64,000 nucleotides of DNA. Source: Candidatus Hydrogenedentota bacterium. Its GTDB lineage: Bacteria > Hydrogenedentota > Hydrogenedentia > Hydrogenedentales > SLHB01. The notes under the pieces were generated by a model that made no database searches, was not told the DNA's origin, and saw only the letters and a program-made list of their open reading frames with translations. The stretch is taken from contig BTWA01000007.1 in assembly GCA_045863295.1 (NCBI GenBank), positions 72,469 through 136,468 of the forward strand. The letters run 5' to 3'. The position numbers and the translations under genes were made by a program. Positions within the stretch are counted from its first letter, which is position 1; each line of letters begins with the position of its first letter. Of this stretch, positions 48,364-58,064 are shown in pieces.

Positions 48364-51195
48364 TTATTCCCATTGGCCGTTGTCGAATTTCGCGCAGTCT
48401 GTCTGATCTCCATTCAAATTCCAGGATACGGCTTCGCCATGGGCATGAAATTCGCGCCAGTGAGACCTTGATTTCAAATTGCCGTTCTGCCAGTAGATGG
48501 ACATTACTTCGTTACTTTTATCCGTGTGGTCCCGCTTCCATTCGGGTTGTCCGTTGGGTGCGTAAGATATTTCGAGTCCGGTCTTTTGACCGAGTTCGTA
48601 GGTAGTTTCGTAGCACTTCGTGCCGTCGCTGTAGAACCACGACTCCGGTCCATGCAGCAAATAGCGTCCGTCATCGCCTACACCGGCGTTCCATGTGTGC
48701 TTGGGTTTTCCGTCGGGATATGATTCTGAATACAGATTCACGTCGCGAATCACGTGCGCGGAATTTGTCATCAAGGCCTCATTGGGTGGGCTATTTGATT
48801 CCGTTGCGAGTATCCATGATTCGTTCATGGCGAAGTGGAGGCAGGGTTTATTCATGGTAGTGATAACGTGGATCAATCCGTCCGGCGCCTGGCGCGCCAC
48901 GGAGTAGCCAAGCGTTGCCTCCATATTCACCTTTTCGCTGTCCTCGTGTGGCTGCGCTCCGGGGAGTTTCTTCCTAATCCACGTTTCGCCGTCGTCTTCG
49001 GAGAGTGCCACCATAGCGCCCCTTTCCGAGACGGTAACCGGGGAAGCGCCGTCTATTCGTTGCAGATCGCCGCAGAAGAAGAGACGGCCGCTCTTCAATC
49101 GGATTACACACGGCCGTTGATTGGAGCCGTAAGCGGGAAACGGTGTTTCAGAGACGGTCCACGATTTTGCTTGATCTCGAGAAATAGACTGAGGCATGTA
49201 CCCGCCGATTTCACTGCTCTTGCCTCCCAATCCAAGGATCGATTCTCCGTCGGAAAGGAGCGTAATGGTGGTATGCCGGCCGCCGGTTCGGCCACCGGGA
49301 TCTTCCCATGTATGTAGGCCGTCTCTGCTGAGCCAGAGTACGGACGACGGTCCTTCGCCGTCGCTGGGCAGGAAGACGCGCCCCTCCTTGTCTTTTAGCA
49401 TCGTATTGATGGGTTGTCTGGAATGGGGCCCGAGTAGTGTCGTGAATTGGGGAAATTGGACGTCGCTCCAGTTGGCCCCGCTATCGTTGGTTTCGATCCA
49501 GCTAAAGGGATATGCGCCCGCCGCGTGGGTATTTGCCCAGAAGAAGCGAACAGTTGTTTCGTCCTTCCATAACAGCGGCGTATTGTCGCAAGCGTCCGGC
49601 ATGTCCATGAAGAGGCTTGGCATGTCCCATTCGTCGTTGCCGAACCGCAATCGTGTTGCGATAATGGCCATCCCCGGCTCGTATTCCTCCCATGATGTGA
49701 ATATTGCCATCAACAGATCGCCGTTGGGCATGACTTCCAGTGCGGGGCTGTGGTTGTGTCCGCAAAAGGCGGGATGCAATCCGAGTAGTGCCATGGCGCG
49801 TACATGGCGCGCGATGCGTTCGGAGTGGGATTGGGCGTTAAATGCGGTAATGGTTTCGGGGGGCGAAGGAAGCAGGTACCGCTTGCGGAAATAGGGTTTG
49901 TTTTCCGGCGGTCCGAACGAAAGGGCCGCACCATGCGTTAACTGTTTTATGCCTCTGTTGACGAACGGTGTGCATGATGCAACGGGAATAGAGTCGGGCA
50001 TGGTTGCCTGGACGATGCGAAAGCCGATGTCATGCCGTCCGAGTTCAGCGGGTCCTTTGTCCGCGCCAAATGAGGGAGGCATTCCTGCGCGATTGGACTG
50101 CCGTTGATAATAGTAACCGCGAGTATGGGGCAGCATGAAGCGTGTGTTTGCGTCGATTTTGTTGCCGCGCACGACGCGAGCGACCCCTGAGGCCGGACCG
50201 ACGGGGTCACGTTCCGCGAATGCAGGGTATTCGCCGTACCAGTCGTGACACCATTCCGCGACGTCGTCGCACATGCCAATGAGGCCGAGTTTCCCTGGGG
50301 TTGGCTTTGACAGCAGTGGCAGGTTTGCGGCTTCCACGCCGTGTGCATCGAAGCCGCCAAGCCACGAAGGCAACGCGTTTGTGGTCTTGTTGAACACGAA
50401 ATACAGCCGAAAGGGCTTGGTGGCTTGGATGGACAAAAAGCGATCCTCGTTCGAGTACTCTTCAGTCACGCAGGTCTGAACGAGTCTTGCACCTTCGAGC
50501 GATTTGTCCATTTCGGTGACGAGATATTCACGATCGAGGTACGGCTTTGCGCCAACCTGGAGGTTTGTGTGGACGCGTTGTGGTCCATAGGCGGGTACAG
50601 CGATCTTCCATTCACAACCTGGATCCTCGGACACCACAATGGGTATGAACGTTCCTGCAGATCCGGTGCGTGCACGGTCATTTCCGCCGAACACGTATTC
50701 GCCGGCATCGAACAATTTAGAGTAGACAATTCCTTCAAACGTCGTGGTTTTAAATACGATATTTGGGGCCAAGTTGAGCGCGGAATTTGTGTTGTCTCCG
50801 GGACCGCCTCCGTTGAGCGTGCAGGCGCGTTCCCACTCCGCTTCGGTCGGCAGCCGATAGTGATTTCCGTCCTTGCTGGAGAGCCAAGTACAGTATGCGA
50901 CGGCGTCGTTCCAACTGACACCTGTGACCGATCCCGAAGCGGAGGAGACTGTATGCGTGGGATCGAACCGCTGGTATTCTTCCAATGTGACCTTTTGAGT
51001 GGCGATGCGATATTCGTGAGTGATAATCACTTCGCGCACGGGTAGTTCGTCCCAATCGCCGGAGTCCGAGCCCATGGTGAAGGAACCTCCGGGAACGGTC
51101 ACGAAGTTGGCATTATCGGACGTGGGAGGGGCGCTGTGCACGTAGACGGGCACTGACAAAAGAAGAAACGTCAGAAGTATGTGACGTGGGCGCAA
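48364..51195 (-). CDS. FGE-sulfatase-like domain, BNR sialidase-like propeller and MORN-like repeat fusion
   Basis: TTG 51195 follows GGAGG; signal peptide; GSFTMGS, RLPTEAEWE, AEWCHDWY, IGFRIV; Asp boxes (DSGANW, RDGLHTW, RDQAKSW, EDDGETW); terminal HG....Y.DG repeats. Confidence 0.8.
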   Translation of the reverse strand: MRPRHILLTFLLLSVPVYVHSAPPTSDNANFVTVPGGSFTMGSDSGDWDELPVREVIITHEYRIATQKVTLEEYQRFDPTHTVSSASGSVTGVSWNDAVAYCTWLSSKDGNHYRLPTEAEWERACTLNGGGPGDNTNSALNLAPNIVFKTTTFEGIVYSKLFDAGEYVFGGNDRARTGSAGTFIPIVVSEDPGCEWKIAVPAYGPQRVHTNLQVGAKPYLDREYLVTEMDKSLEGARLVQTCVTEEYSNEDRFLSIQATKPFRLYFVFNKTTNALPSWLGGFDAHGVEAANLPLLSKPTPGKLGLIGMCDDVAEWCHDWYGEYPAFAERDPVGPASGVARVVRGNKIDANTRFMLPHTRGYYYQRQSNRAGMPPSFGADKGPAELGRHDIGFRIVQATMPDSIPVASCTPFVNRGIKQLTHGAALSFGPPENKPYFRKRYLLPSPPETITAFNAQSHSERIARHVRAMALLGLHPAFCGHNHSPALEVMPNGDLLMAIFTSWEEYEPGMAIIATRLRFGNDEWDMPSLFMDMPDACDNTPLLWKDETTVRFFWANTHAAGAYPFSWIETNDSGANWSDVQFPQFTTLLGPHSRQPINTMLKDKEGRVFLPSDGEGPSSVLWLSRDGLHTWEDPGGRTGGRHTTITLLSDGESILGLGGKSSEIGGYMPQSISRDQAKSWTVSETPFPAYGSNQRPCVIRLKSGRLFFCGDLQRIDGASPVTVSERGAMVALSEDDGETWIRKKLPGAQPHEDSEKVNMEATLGYSVARQAPDGLIHVITTMNKPCLHFAMNESWILATESNSPPNEALMTNSAHVIRDVNLYSESYPDGKPKHTWNAGVGDDGRYLLHGPESWFYSDGTKCYETTYELGQKTGLEISYAPNGQPEWKRDHTDKSNEVMSIYWQNGNLKSRSHWREFHAHGEAVSWNLNGDQTDCAKFDNGQWE

Positions 51196-51287
51196 ATCGA
51201 CCCCTCCCTGTGTGTAGAACTTACTCGCACCGGCGGCGGCAACTACATAATACGAAGTCGCGCGACGTAAGCCAATCAGGGGGGGAT

Positions 51288-52916
51288 TCAATTCTCCTGC
51301 GCGGTTAGATTGACCGAGGTTTCTGTTTCCGGCGAAGGTGTATCCCAGCCTCCGCCCAAAGCCTTGTAGAGTGCTATCAGGTCGGTCAATACGAAGCTTT
51401 CGCTCTGTACAAGCTGGTCTTCCGACAGGAACAGCTGCAATTGAGCCTGCAGCACGTTCAGGAAACCTTCCAAGCCACGTACATATCTTTCATTCGCAAG
51501 TTGAACGGCTTTTTCGTTTGCTTTGACCGCTTCTTCGAGCGACCTTCTGCGAATCTGTTGCTGGGCGAAAGATACCAGGCTGTTTTCGACGTCTTCCAAA
51601 GCGAAGAGAATAGTTCGCTCGTAGGCGATCAGGGCTTGTTCCTGACGCGCGTCCTGTACTTCTACGTTAGCAAGGATTCGCCCGCCTTGAAAGATGGGCC
51701 AATGGATGCTGGGGCCGACTGACCACAATTGATTTGAGGTACTCCACACATTTCCCAAGCTGGGACTTTGCCCGGCAAACGCACCGGTCAGGTAGAACTT
51801 TGGAAATAGGTCGGCTTTTGCCGCGCCTATCCGTGCCGTGGCGGCTGCGAGTTCTCGCTCCGCAGTGCGAATATCAGGCCTGCGGAGGAGGAGTTCCGAA
51901 GGCAACCCCACTGGAATTTCAGCAGGGGTCACCGGGATTGGAAGCGAGGGATAGAGCGTGTCGCGGAAAGAACCTGGGACTTCTCCGGCGAGTACGCCGA
52001 GGCGATGAATAGAACTTTCGATTTGGGTATGCAGGACTGGCAACTGGGACTGCGTGGCGGCCAGCTGCGCTCTTGCCTGAGTGACATCGAGTTCGCTTGT
52101 CAGGCCTGCATCGAACCGGGCTTGCGTCAATTGTACGGTCTTTGCTTGTGCCTGGACATTTTTTTCGGTGATTTCCAGTCTGCGTTGGGTGGAACGCAAC
52201 TCAATGTAGTTCAGCGCCACCTCGGCGGCCATCGTAACTTGCACATCTCTGCGCCGTTCGATTTCTGCTTCGATGACTGCGCTTGCGGCCTCGGTTGCGC
52301 GGCGGTTTCCGCCAAAGACATCGATTTCCCAACTTGCATCAAATCCTGCCTGATAGAGTCCCGATGTGCGATCGAATTTTTCGGGCGTGCTTCCGGGAGT
52401 GTAGTTATAACTGGTCGCTGAATCCTGGCCCGTAATGGTTGTGGTTGTGCTCAGGTCACCTCTTCGCGTCGTGAGGCTGCGCGAAATGCCGTTTGGCGAC
52501 GTGGACAATCCGAACGAGATGGGCGGTGCGGCCTGTTGATCGGGTTCCACCACTTGCCGTTCGGTCCATGATGCCGCGGCGTTGAGCGTTGGCCACAAAG
52601 CGGAGCCTGCGATACGTCTTGCGGCTCTGGCTTCACGCACGCGCGCTTCAGCGGTGCGGATTTCAAGGTTGTTCTCGAGGGTTTTGCCGATGAGTTCCGT
52701 GAGTACCGGGTCGTTCAACAGGGTCCACCACTGGCTCAAATCCGTGGATTGATCCACGGCGCCCCCTTCGCGAGGCGATGCCCATTCTGTGGGAATATCC
52801 ACATCGGGCCGAGCATAGTCGGGTCCAGTTTTGCAGCCCGTACCCATGATCGTGCTTAAAGACAGAATGCAGGCGAAGATGATGTTGGCGACTCTATTTT
52901 GGCAAGTAGCACTCAT
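51288..52916 (-). CDS. RND efflux outer-membrane lipoprotein (NodT/OprM family)
   Basis: GTGC lipobox; WWTLLNDPVL, SWEIDVFG, GLPSELLLRRPDIR, LYKALGGGW. Confidence 0.93.
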   Translation of the reverse strand: MSATCQNRVANIIFACILSLSTIMGTGCKTGPDYARPDVDIPTEWASPREGGAVDQSTDLSQWWTLLNDPVLTELIGKTLENNLEIRTAEARVREARAARRIAGSALWPTLNAAASWTERQVVEPDQQAAPPISFGLSTSPNGISRSLTTRRGDLSTTTTITGQDSATSYNYTPGSTPEKFDRTSGLYQAGFDASWEIDVFGGNRRATEAASAVIEAEIERRRDVQVTMAAEVALNYIELRSTQRRLEITEKNVQAQAKTVQLTQARFDAGLTSELDVTQARAQLAATQSQLPVLHTQIESSIHRLGVLAGEVPGSFRDTLYPSLPIPVTPAEIPVGLPSELLLRRPDIRTAERELAAATARIGAAKADLFPKFYLTGAFAGQSPSLGNVWSTSNQLWSVGPSIHWPIFQGGRILANVEVQDARQEQALIAYERTILFALEDVENSLVSFAQQQIRRRSLEEAVKANEKAVQLANERYVRGLEGFLNVLQAQLQLFLSEDQLVQSESFVLTDLIALYKALGGGWDTPSPETETSVNLTAQEN

Positions 52917-52929
52917 ACTGGATTACCGT

Positions 52930-55900
52930 TCAGTTCGTTGCTGGGACCGTCGAATCTGTTTCACGCTTTGGGGGGCGCCGGAAACGGAATTCGCTGATTC
53001 CCTGGATGATGACGAAAAACAGCGGCACGAAGAACACGGCAAGAAACGTCGCCGCTATCATGCCACCCATGACGCCGGTTCCAATGGAGTGCCGGCCCGC
53101 GGCGCCGGCGCCCTCGCTTATGGCCAGCGGCAACACACCGAGAATGAAAGCCAGCGAAGTCATCACGATGGGACGCAAGCGAAGCCTGGAGGCTTCCACA
53201 GCAGCCTCCACGATACCCTTTCCTTGTGCGCGAAGCACGGAGCAAAACTCAACGATGAGGATGGCGTTCTTTGCGGCGAGTCCAATCAAGGTCAACAGTC
53301 CTATTTGAAAATAGATGTCGCGCTCGAGGCCACGCAGGTATACCGCCAACACAGCGCCAAATACGCCACAGGGCACAGCGAGCAAAACGGCGAACGGCAT
53401 GCTCCATTTTTCGTATTGCGCTGCCAATACGAGAAAGACCACGATCAGCCCGAACATGATAACGAAGGGCGCCTGGTTTCCGGCCTTGATCTCCTGGTAT
53501 GACGCTCCGCTCCATTCGAATCCATAACCCGGCGGCAGCGTTTCAGCGGCGATCTGCTTGATTTGTTCCGTGGCTTGGCCGGTACTGAATCCGGGGGCGG
53601 GGGACCCTGTTATTTGCACCGAAGGAAAGCTGTTGAATCGGCTCATTACGTTGGGCCCGGACCGGTATTGAATGTCGAGCACACTGGACAACTCGACCAT
53701 CTTTCCCGCGTTGCTTCTCACGAATATTTTTCGTATATCATCCGGGTGGGAGCGATATTGCGGCTCTGCCTGAAGCTGGACGCGATATATCCGGCCGTAT
53801 TTGTTGAAGTCGTTGACATACAGCGAGCCGAGGTAAGCCTGCAGCCCGTCAAAGATATTGGAGATTGGCAGGCCCATGGTCATGGCCCGTGTGCGGTCCA
53901 CGGTCACGAAGAGTTGGGGCTGTGACACGTTCAACACGCTGGATACCCCCATGAACATGGGATCCTGACGCAACTTACCCACGAATTCGTCCGTGACGGC
54001 GGCGAGCTTGCGTACATCGCTGATACCCCGGCTCTCCAATTGCATTTCGAATCCTGCTCGCAAACCGAGCCCGCGCACAGCGGGAGGATTGAATGCCAGT
54101 ACCAGGGCTTCCTGCATTCCCGCGAAGCGGCCGAATACGCGGCCGACAATGGCGTCTACATGATTCTCCGGGGCCATTCGCTCCGACCAATCCTTCAGAT
54201 TGACAAACATGGCGCCGGCACTTGTGCTTGCGGAGCGACCGGCCAGGAAGTCCTGTCCTCCGAGGGTAACGACCCGGGCGATTTCGGGTTGGTTCAGGAG
54301 GAAATCCTCCACCTGGCTCATTACGGCCTTTGTGCGTTGGAGCGAAGCGCCTTGCGGCAATGACACGACGACCATGAAATACCCCTGGTCTTCCTGGGGC
54401 ACGAACGCACTGGGGACGCGCTTGAACAGATCCGACGTAGCCCACAGGAGCACTGCGAAGAGGATAAGCGAGACAATGCCGAACTTGATTCCGAGACGTA
54501 CCGAGCGCGTATAGAGGCTTGTCAAGACTCCAAAGATGTTGTCAAACCACCGGAAGAAAAAAGTTTTCGTGTGATTCGGTTTAAGCAGTACGCGACAGAG
54601 CGCGGGGCTCAATGTCAATGCCACGAGGCCTGAAATGGCTACCGAGATGGCAATTGTGACGGCAAACTGTTTGTACATGACGCCGGTCAGGCCGCCGAGG
54701 AAAGCCACGGGCAAATAGACGGCAGAAAGCACGAGGACAATGGCAATGACGGGGCCTGTGACTTGATTCATGGCCTTGATGGTGGCTTCGCGCACGGGCA
54801 AATGTTCGTCGTGCATGATGCGTTCGACGTTTTCGACGACCACGATCGCGTCATCCACCACGATACCGATGGCGAGCACGAGGCCAAAGAGCGTAAGAGA
54901 GTTGATGGAGAATCCGAGGAGGAGCATGCCTGTAAATGTGCCGACGATGGCCACCGGGACGGCAATCAGGGGTATGATTGTGGCTCTCCAGCTTCCCAGA
55001 AACACGAAGACTACAAGAATGACCAGTATGACGGCCTCGAAAAAGGTTTTTGCGACTTCGTAGATGGACACATTGATGAATTTTGTGGTGTCGAACGGAA
55101 TATCGTATTGGACCCCTTTTGGGAACGCTGTTTGGAGGTTGTCGAGAGCTACCTTCAGGCCGTTCATTGAACTGAGGGCGTTAGCGCCGGGCTGCAGGAA
55201 CGCGAGTATGAATGCTGTCGGTTTTCCATTCAGCCGGCCAAAGGAATCGTAGCTCAGCGATCCCAATTCGACACGTCCGATATCACGGATCTTGATGATG
55301 GAACCGTCTTCGGTGGCTCGCAAGATGATGTCTTCAAACTGCTCAGGTTCGTCGAACCGGCCCTCGGTAATTACGGGAATGGTAAAGGAGATTTCGCCAC
55401 TCCCGGGTTCCGCGCCGATTCGTCCGGCGGCGTACAATCCGTTTTGTTCGCGAATCGCGTTGGCGACATCCGTGACGGTCAGTCCTTTTGCCGCCATTTT
55501 GTCGGGATCAATCCATATGCGCATGGAGTAGTCGCGCGCGCCGAACACGCTTACGTCGCCTATGCCAGGAACGCGTTTCAGGGAATCCAGCATATAGATG
55601 GTTGCGTAATTGCTTAGATAGAGGTCGTCGAACTGCGGGTCATCGGAATTCAAGGCGACGACGCAGAGGATATTATTCGAGCGTTTGATTACGGAAATGC
55701 CCTGGCGGATGACTTCCGCGGGCAACCGGGGTTCCGCACGTTTCAGTCGGTTTTGGGCTTCTACTGCCGCGATGTCCAAATCGGAGCCGATTTCGAAAGT
55801 CAGTGTGATTCCCAAGCTTCCGTCGTTGGCGCTTTGTGACTGGTAATAGAGCAGATTCTCAATGCCGCTCAATTCCTGTTCGATGGGTGCTGCGAGCGAT

Positions 55901-56079
55901 TCGGCCACGGTTTCCGCGTTGGCTCCGGGGTAGTGCGCCAGGATTTCGACGGTTGGGGGCGTAATCTCCGGTGACTGTTCCACGGGCAGAAAATACATCG
56001 AGGCGAGGCCGCACAACGTGATGATAATCGATAGCACGGATGCAAAAATGGGGCGATCGATGAAGAATTTGGAAATCAT
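52930..56079 (-). CDS. HAE1 RND efflux permease (AcrB/MexB-like)
   Basis: FFIDRPIFA, GIVVDDAIVVVENVER, AKNAILIVEF, RLRPIVMTS. Confidence 0.96.
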   Translation of the reverse strand: MISKFFIDRPIFASVLSIIITLCGLASMYFLPVEQSPEITPPTVEILAHYPGANAETVAESLAAPIEQELSGIENLLYYQSQSANDGSLGITLTFEIGSDLDIAAVEAQNRLKRAEPRLPAEVIRQGISVIKRSNNILCVVALNSDDPQFDDLYLSNYATIYMLDSLKRVPGIGDVSVFGARDYSMRIWIDPDKMAAKGLTVTDVANAIREQNGLYAAGRIGAEPGSGEISFTIPVITEGRFDEPEQFEDIILRATEDGSIIKIRDIGRVELGSLSYDSFGRLNGKPTAFILAFLQPGANALSSMNGLKVALDNLQTAFPKGVQYDIPFDTTKFINVSIYEVAKTFFEAVILVILVVFVFLGSWRATIIPLIAVPVAIVGTFTGMLLLGFSINSLTLFGLVLAIGIVVDDAIVVVENVERIMHDEHLPVREATIKAMNQVTGPVIAIVLVLSAVYLPVAFLGGLTGVMYKQFAVTIAISVAISGLVALTLSPALCRVLLKPNHTKTFFFRWFDNIFGVLTSLYTRSVRLGIKFGIVSLILFAVLLWATSDLFKRVPSAFVPQEDQGYFMVVVSLPQGASLQRTKAVMSQVEDFLLNQPEIARVVTLGGQDFLAGRSASTSAGAMFVNLKDWSERMAPENHVDAIVGRVFGRFAGMQEALVLAFNPPAVRGLGLRAGFEMQLESRGISDVRKLAAVTDEFVGKLRQDPMFMGVSSVLNVSQPQLFVTVDRTRAMTMGLPISNIFDGLQAYLGSLYVNDFNKYGRIYRVQLQAEPQYRSHPDDIRKIFVRSNAGKMVELSSVLDIQYRSGPNVMSRFNSFPSVQITGSPAPGFSTGQATEQIKQIAAETLPPGYGFEWSGASYQEIKAGNQAPFVIMFGLIVVFLVLAAQYEKWSMPFAVLLAVPCGVFGAVLAVYLRGLERDIYFQIGLLTLIGLAAKNAILIVEFCSVLRAQGKGIVEAAVEASRLRLRPIVMTSLAFILGVLPLAISEGAGAAGRHSIGTGVMGGMIAATFLAVFFVPLFFVIIQGISEFRFRRPPKRETDSTVPATN

Positions 56080-56088
56080 ACCTGCGCC

Positions 56089-57243
56089 TTACTCCGCGTC
56101 GGTATTGCTGGAAGTTTGCATGGTTTTGACGGGATTGACCACGATTCCGGGCTGCACTTTCATCAATCCTTCCACGATCACCTTTTCGCCTTCAGCAAGG
56201 CCATCGTCGATGATCCAATCCTGGCCAACCCATGCCCCCGGTTTGACGGAGCGAAACTCGGCTTTGTTTCCTTCCGCGACGACATAGACATAGGCGCCTT
56301 GTGGTGATTGGCTCACGGCGCGCTGGGGTATGGCAATGGTTCCGGGCCTCTGCCAGCCACGGATATGGGCTCGGACAAATTGTCCCGGTTTGAGTGTATG
56401 TTCTGCGTTTCTAAAGGTGCCTCGAATTTCTACCGAACCTGAATCGAGATCTACAGACGTGGATTCGAAATCAATTGTTCCTTTTTCGGTATAGACCGTT
56501 CCATCGAGCAATGTAATTTCGAGATAGGGTTTTTCGTCGCCTGCGAGGATAATGCGCCCCGTTGCTTCGTCGTTTCTCATGCTCAGGTATTCGCGTTCAC
56601 TGACTTGAAAACTCACGTAGATTGGGTCTACCTGGTGCATGACGGTGAGCAGGCTGTTTTGAGATGCGTCGACAAGGCTGCCGATTTCTTTTTGAGCTTT
56701 TCCGACATATCCTTTCAACGGCGCGGAGATGACGGTATATCCGAGTTCCAATTCGGCCTTGGCCAATTGGGCTTTAGCGAGTTTAAGCGATGCAGCCGCA
56801 TCTGATTGATCGGCGAGTTGACGGTCCAAATCGCTTTCCGCAATGGCGCCCGGCACATTTACCGATTGGAGCCGTTTTACTTCCTGTTCCGCCAACTTTA
56901 CGCGGGTCTGTGCCTGATCCACGCGCGCGGCGGCAATTTGTTTATCGGCTTCAAACGGCCTTTGGTCGATAGTGAAAAGCTTTGTGCCTTCTTCGATCAG
57001 TGCGCCTTCCTCAAAATCGCGGGATTCGAGAAAACCTTGAACCCGGGCTCTGATTTCAACCGTTTTGGACGCTTCCGTCACACCCACGTATTCGTATGAA
57101 ACCGGCAGTGTTTTTGCGTTGATTTCAATAACGGTTACGTCGGGCGGGGGCATTTGACCCGGAGGTCCTTGCGCATGGAGCGCTGGAGCCGCGAGCCACG
57201 CGACGAGGGCACAAAAGGCAAGTATCTGTGGTTTGGTTTGCAT
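56089..57243 (-). CDS. RND periplasmic adaptor (MFP)
   Basis: VEIRARVQG, LFTID, YTVISAPLKG, LKPGQFV. Confidence 0.94.
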   Translation of the reverse strand: MQTKPQILAFCALVAWLAAPALHAQGPPGQMPPPDVTVIEINAKTLPVSYEYVGVTEASKTVEIRARVQGFLESRDFEEGALIEEGTKLFTIDQRPFEADKQIAAARVDQAQTRVKLAEQEVKRLQSVNVPGAIAESDLDRQLADQSDAAASLKLAKAQLAKAELELGYTVISAPLKGYVGKAQKEIGSLVDASQNSLLTVMHQVDPIYVSFQVSEREYLSMRNDEATGRIILAGDEKPYLEITLLDGTVYTEKGTIDFESTSVDLDSGSVEIRGTFRNAEHTLKPGQFVRAHIRGWQRPGTIAIPQRAVSQSPQGAYVYVVAEGNKAEFRSVKPGAWVGQDWIIDDGLAEGEKVIVEGLMKVQPGIVVNPVKTMQTSSNTDAE

Positions 57244-57360
57244 GTTCCGCTGGTCCTTACTTCTTGCTCAGCGATTTCCGCGGCGGGCGCCTGATATACA
57301 TCACATATGCACACCTGACCGAACACGCTTGCAGCACTATTCCAAGAGAGAGCGATGGGA

Positions 57361-57903
57361 TTACGATACGTTATCGGCCATGTGCAGCAACTCGTCCACC
57401 AGCTTTTTGCGTTGTTCGTGGCTGAATGGAGATACCTGGAGAAGTTCCATCAAGAAGAGCCCATCCGCTGCCAACAACAACAACGCCTTGCGTTCAAACA
57501 TTTCTGCAGGCGACTTGTGGCCTTCGAACCGCTTTTCGTTGTATTCACGCACTGTGCTCATGAGCTGCGGCTCATTCGCGATAGCGGCGAGCATGGCCGC
57601 ACTGACGCGGTCGTCCGAATCCCGGCCGAGAAGGAGCGAAATGAGTTCCGCCTTCACTGCCCGGCTTGGTGTCTCGGGCAGGGATTGCAGGGTGGTTTCG
57701 CGTCGCGCATAGCTATGATTAATCAGACGCGCGATCATGCCTACGTGAAGCGCTTCTTTTGTAGGGAAGTGGTATAAGACGCCACCTTTGCTCACGCCCG
57801 CTTTTTCGGCGACTGCGTCCAAGGTGAGCCGAGCCGCGCCACCTTCCATCACTACGGCCTCCGCAGCGTCGAGGATCAGGTCTTTGCAACTGGGTCGTGG
57901 CAT
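57361..57903 (-). CDS. TetR-family regulator
   Basis: ILDAA...LTLDAVAEKAGVSKGGVLYHFPTKEAL helix-turn-helix. Confidence 0.94.
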   Translation of the reverse strand: MPRPSCKDLILDAAEAVVMEGGAARLTLDAVAEKAGVSKGGVLYHFPTKEALHVGMIARLINHSYARRETTLQSLPETPSRAVKAELISLLLGRDSDDRVSAAMLAAIANEPQLMSTVREYNEKRFEGHKSPAEMFERKALLLLAADGLFLMELLQVSPFSHEQRKKLVDELLHMADNVS

Positions 57904-57921
57904 TTATGGGCACTCTGTAAC

Positions 57922-57968
57922 TATACCATCCGGACGGTATACTAACTTTTACGTGTACTGCCTGTCAA
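57922..57968 (-). promoter_or_regulatory. tetR/RND promoter with palindromic operator
   Basis: Minus-strand TTGACA (57968-63), 18 bp spacer, TAGTAT (57944-39). Near-perfect palindrome TATACCATCCGGACGGTATA at 57922-57941. Confidence 0.8.
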
Positions 57969-58003
57969 GTAATTGATTTATTGGGAGACGGTGCGGAAGA
58001 CGG

Positions 58004-58044
58004 CCACAGGGTGGAACGACCCTTTCGGTCGTTCCACCCTGTGG
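58004..58044 (-). terminator. Strong hairpin after the HEAT-repeat gene
   Basis: Perfect 18-bp stem CCACAGGGTGGAACGACC/GGTCGTTCCACCCTGTGG with a 5-nt loop; no clear U-tract. Confidence 0.6.
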
Positions 58045-58064
58045 GAACTACGCTGGTTGTGCGG

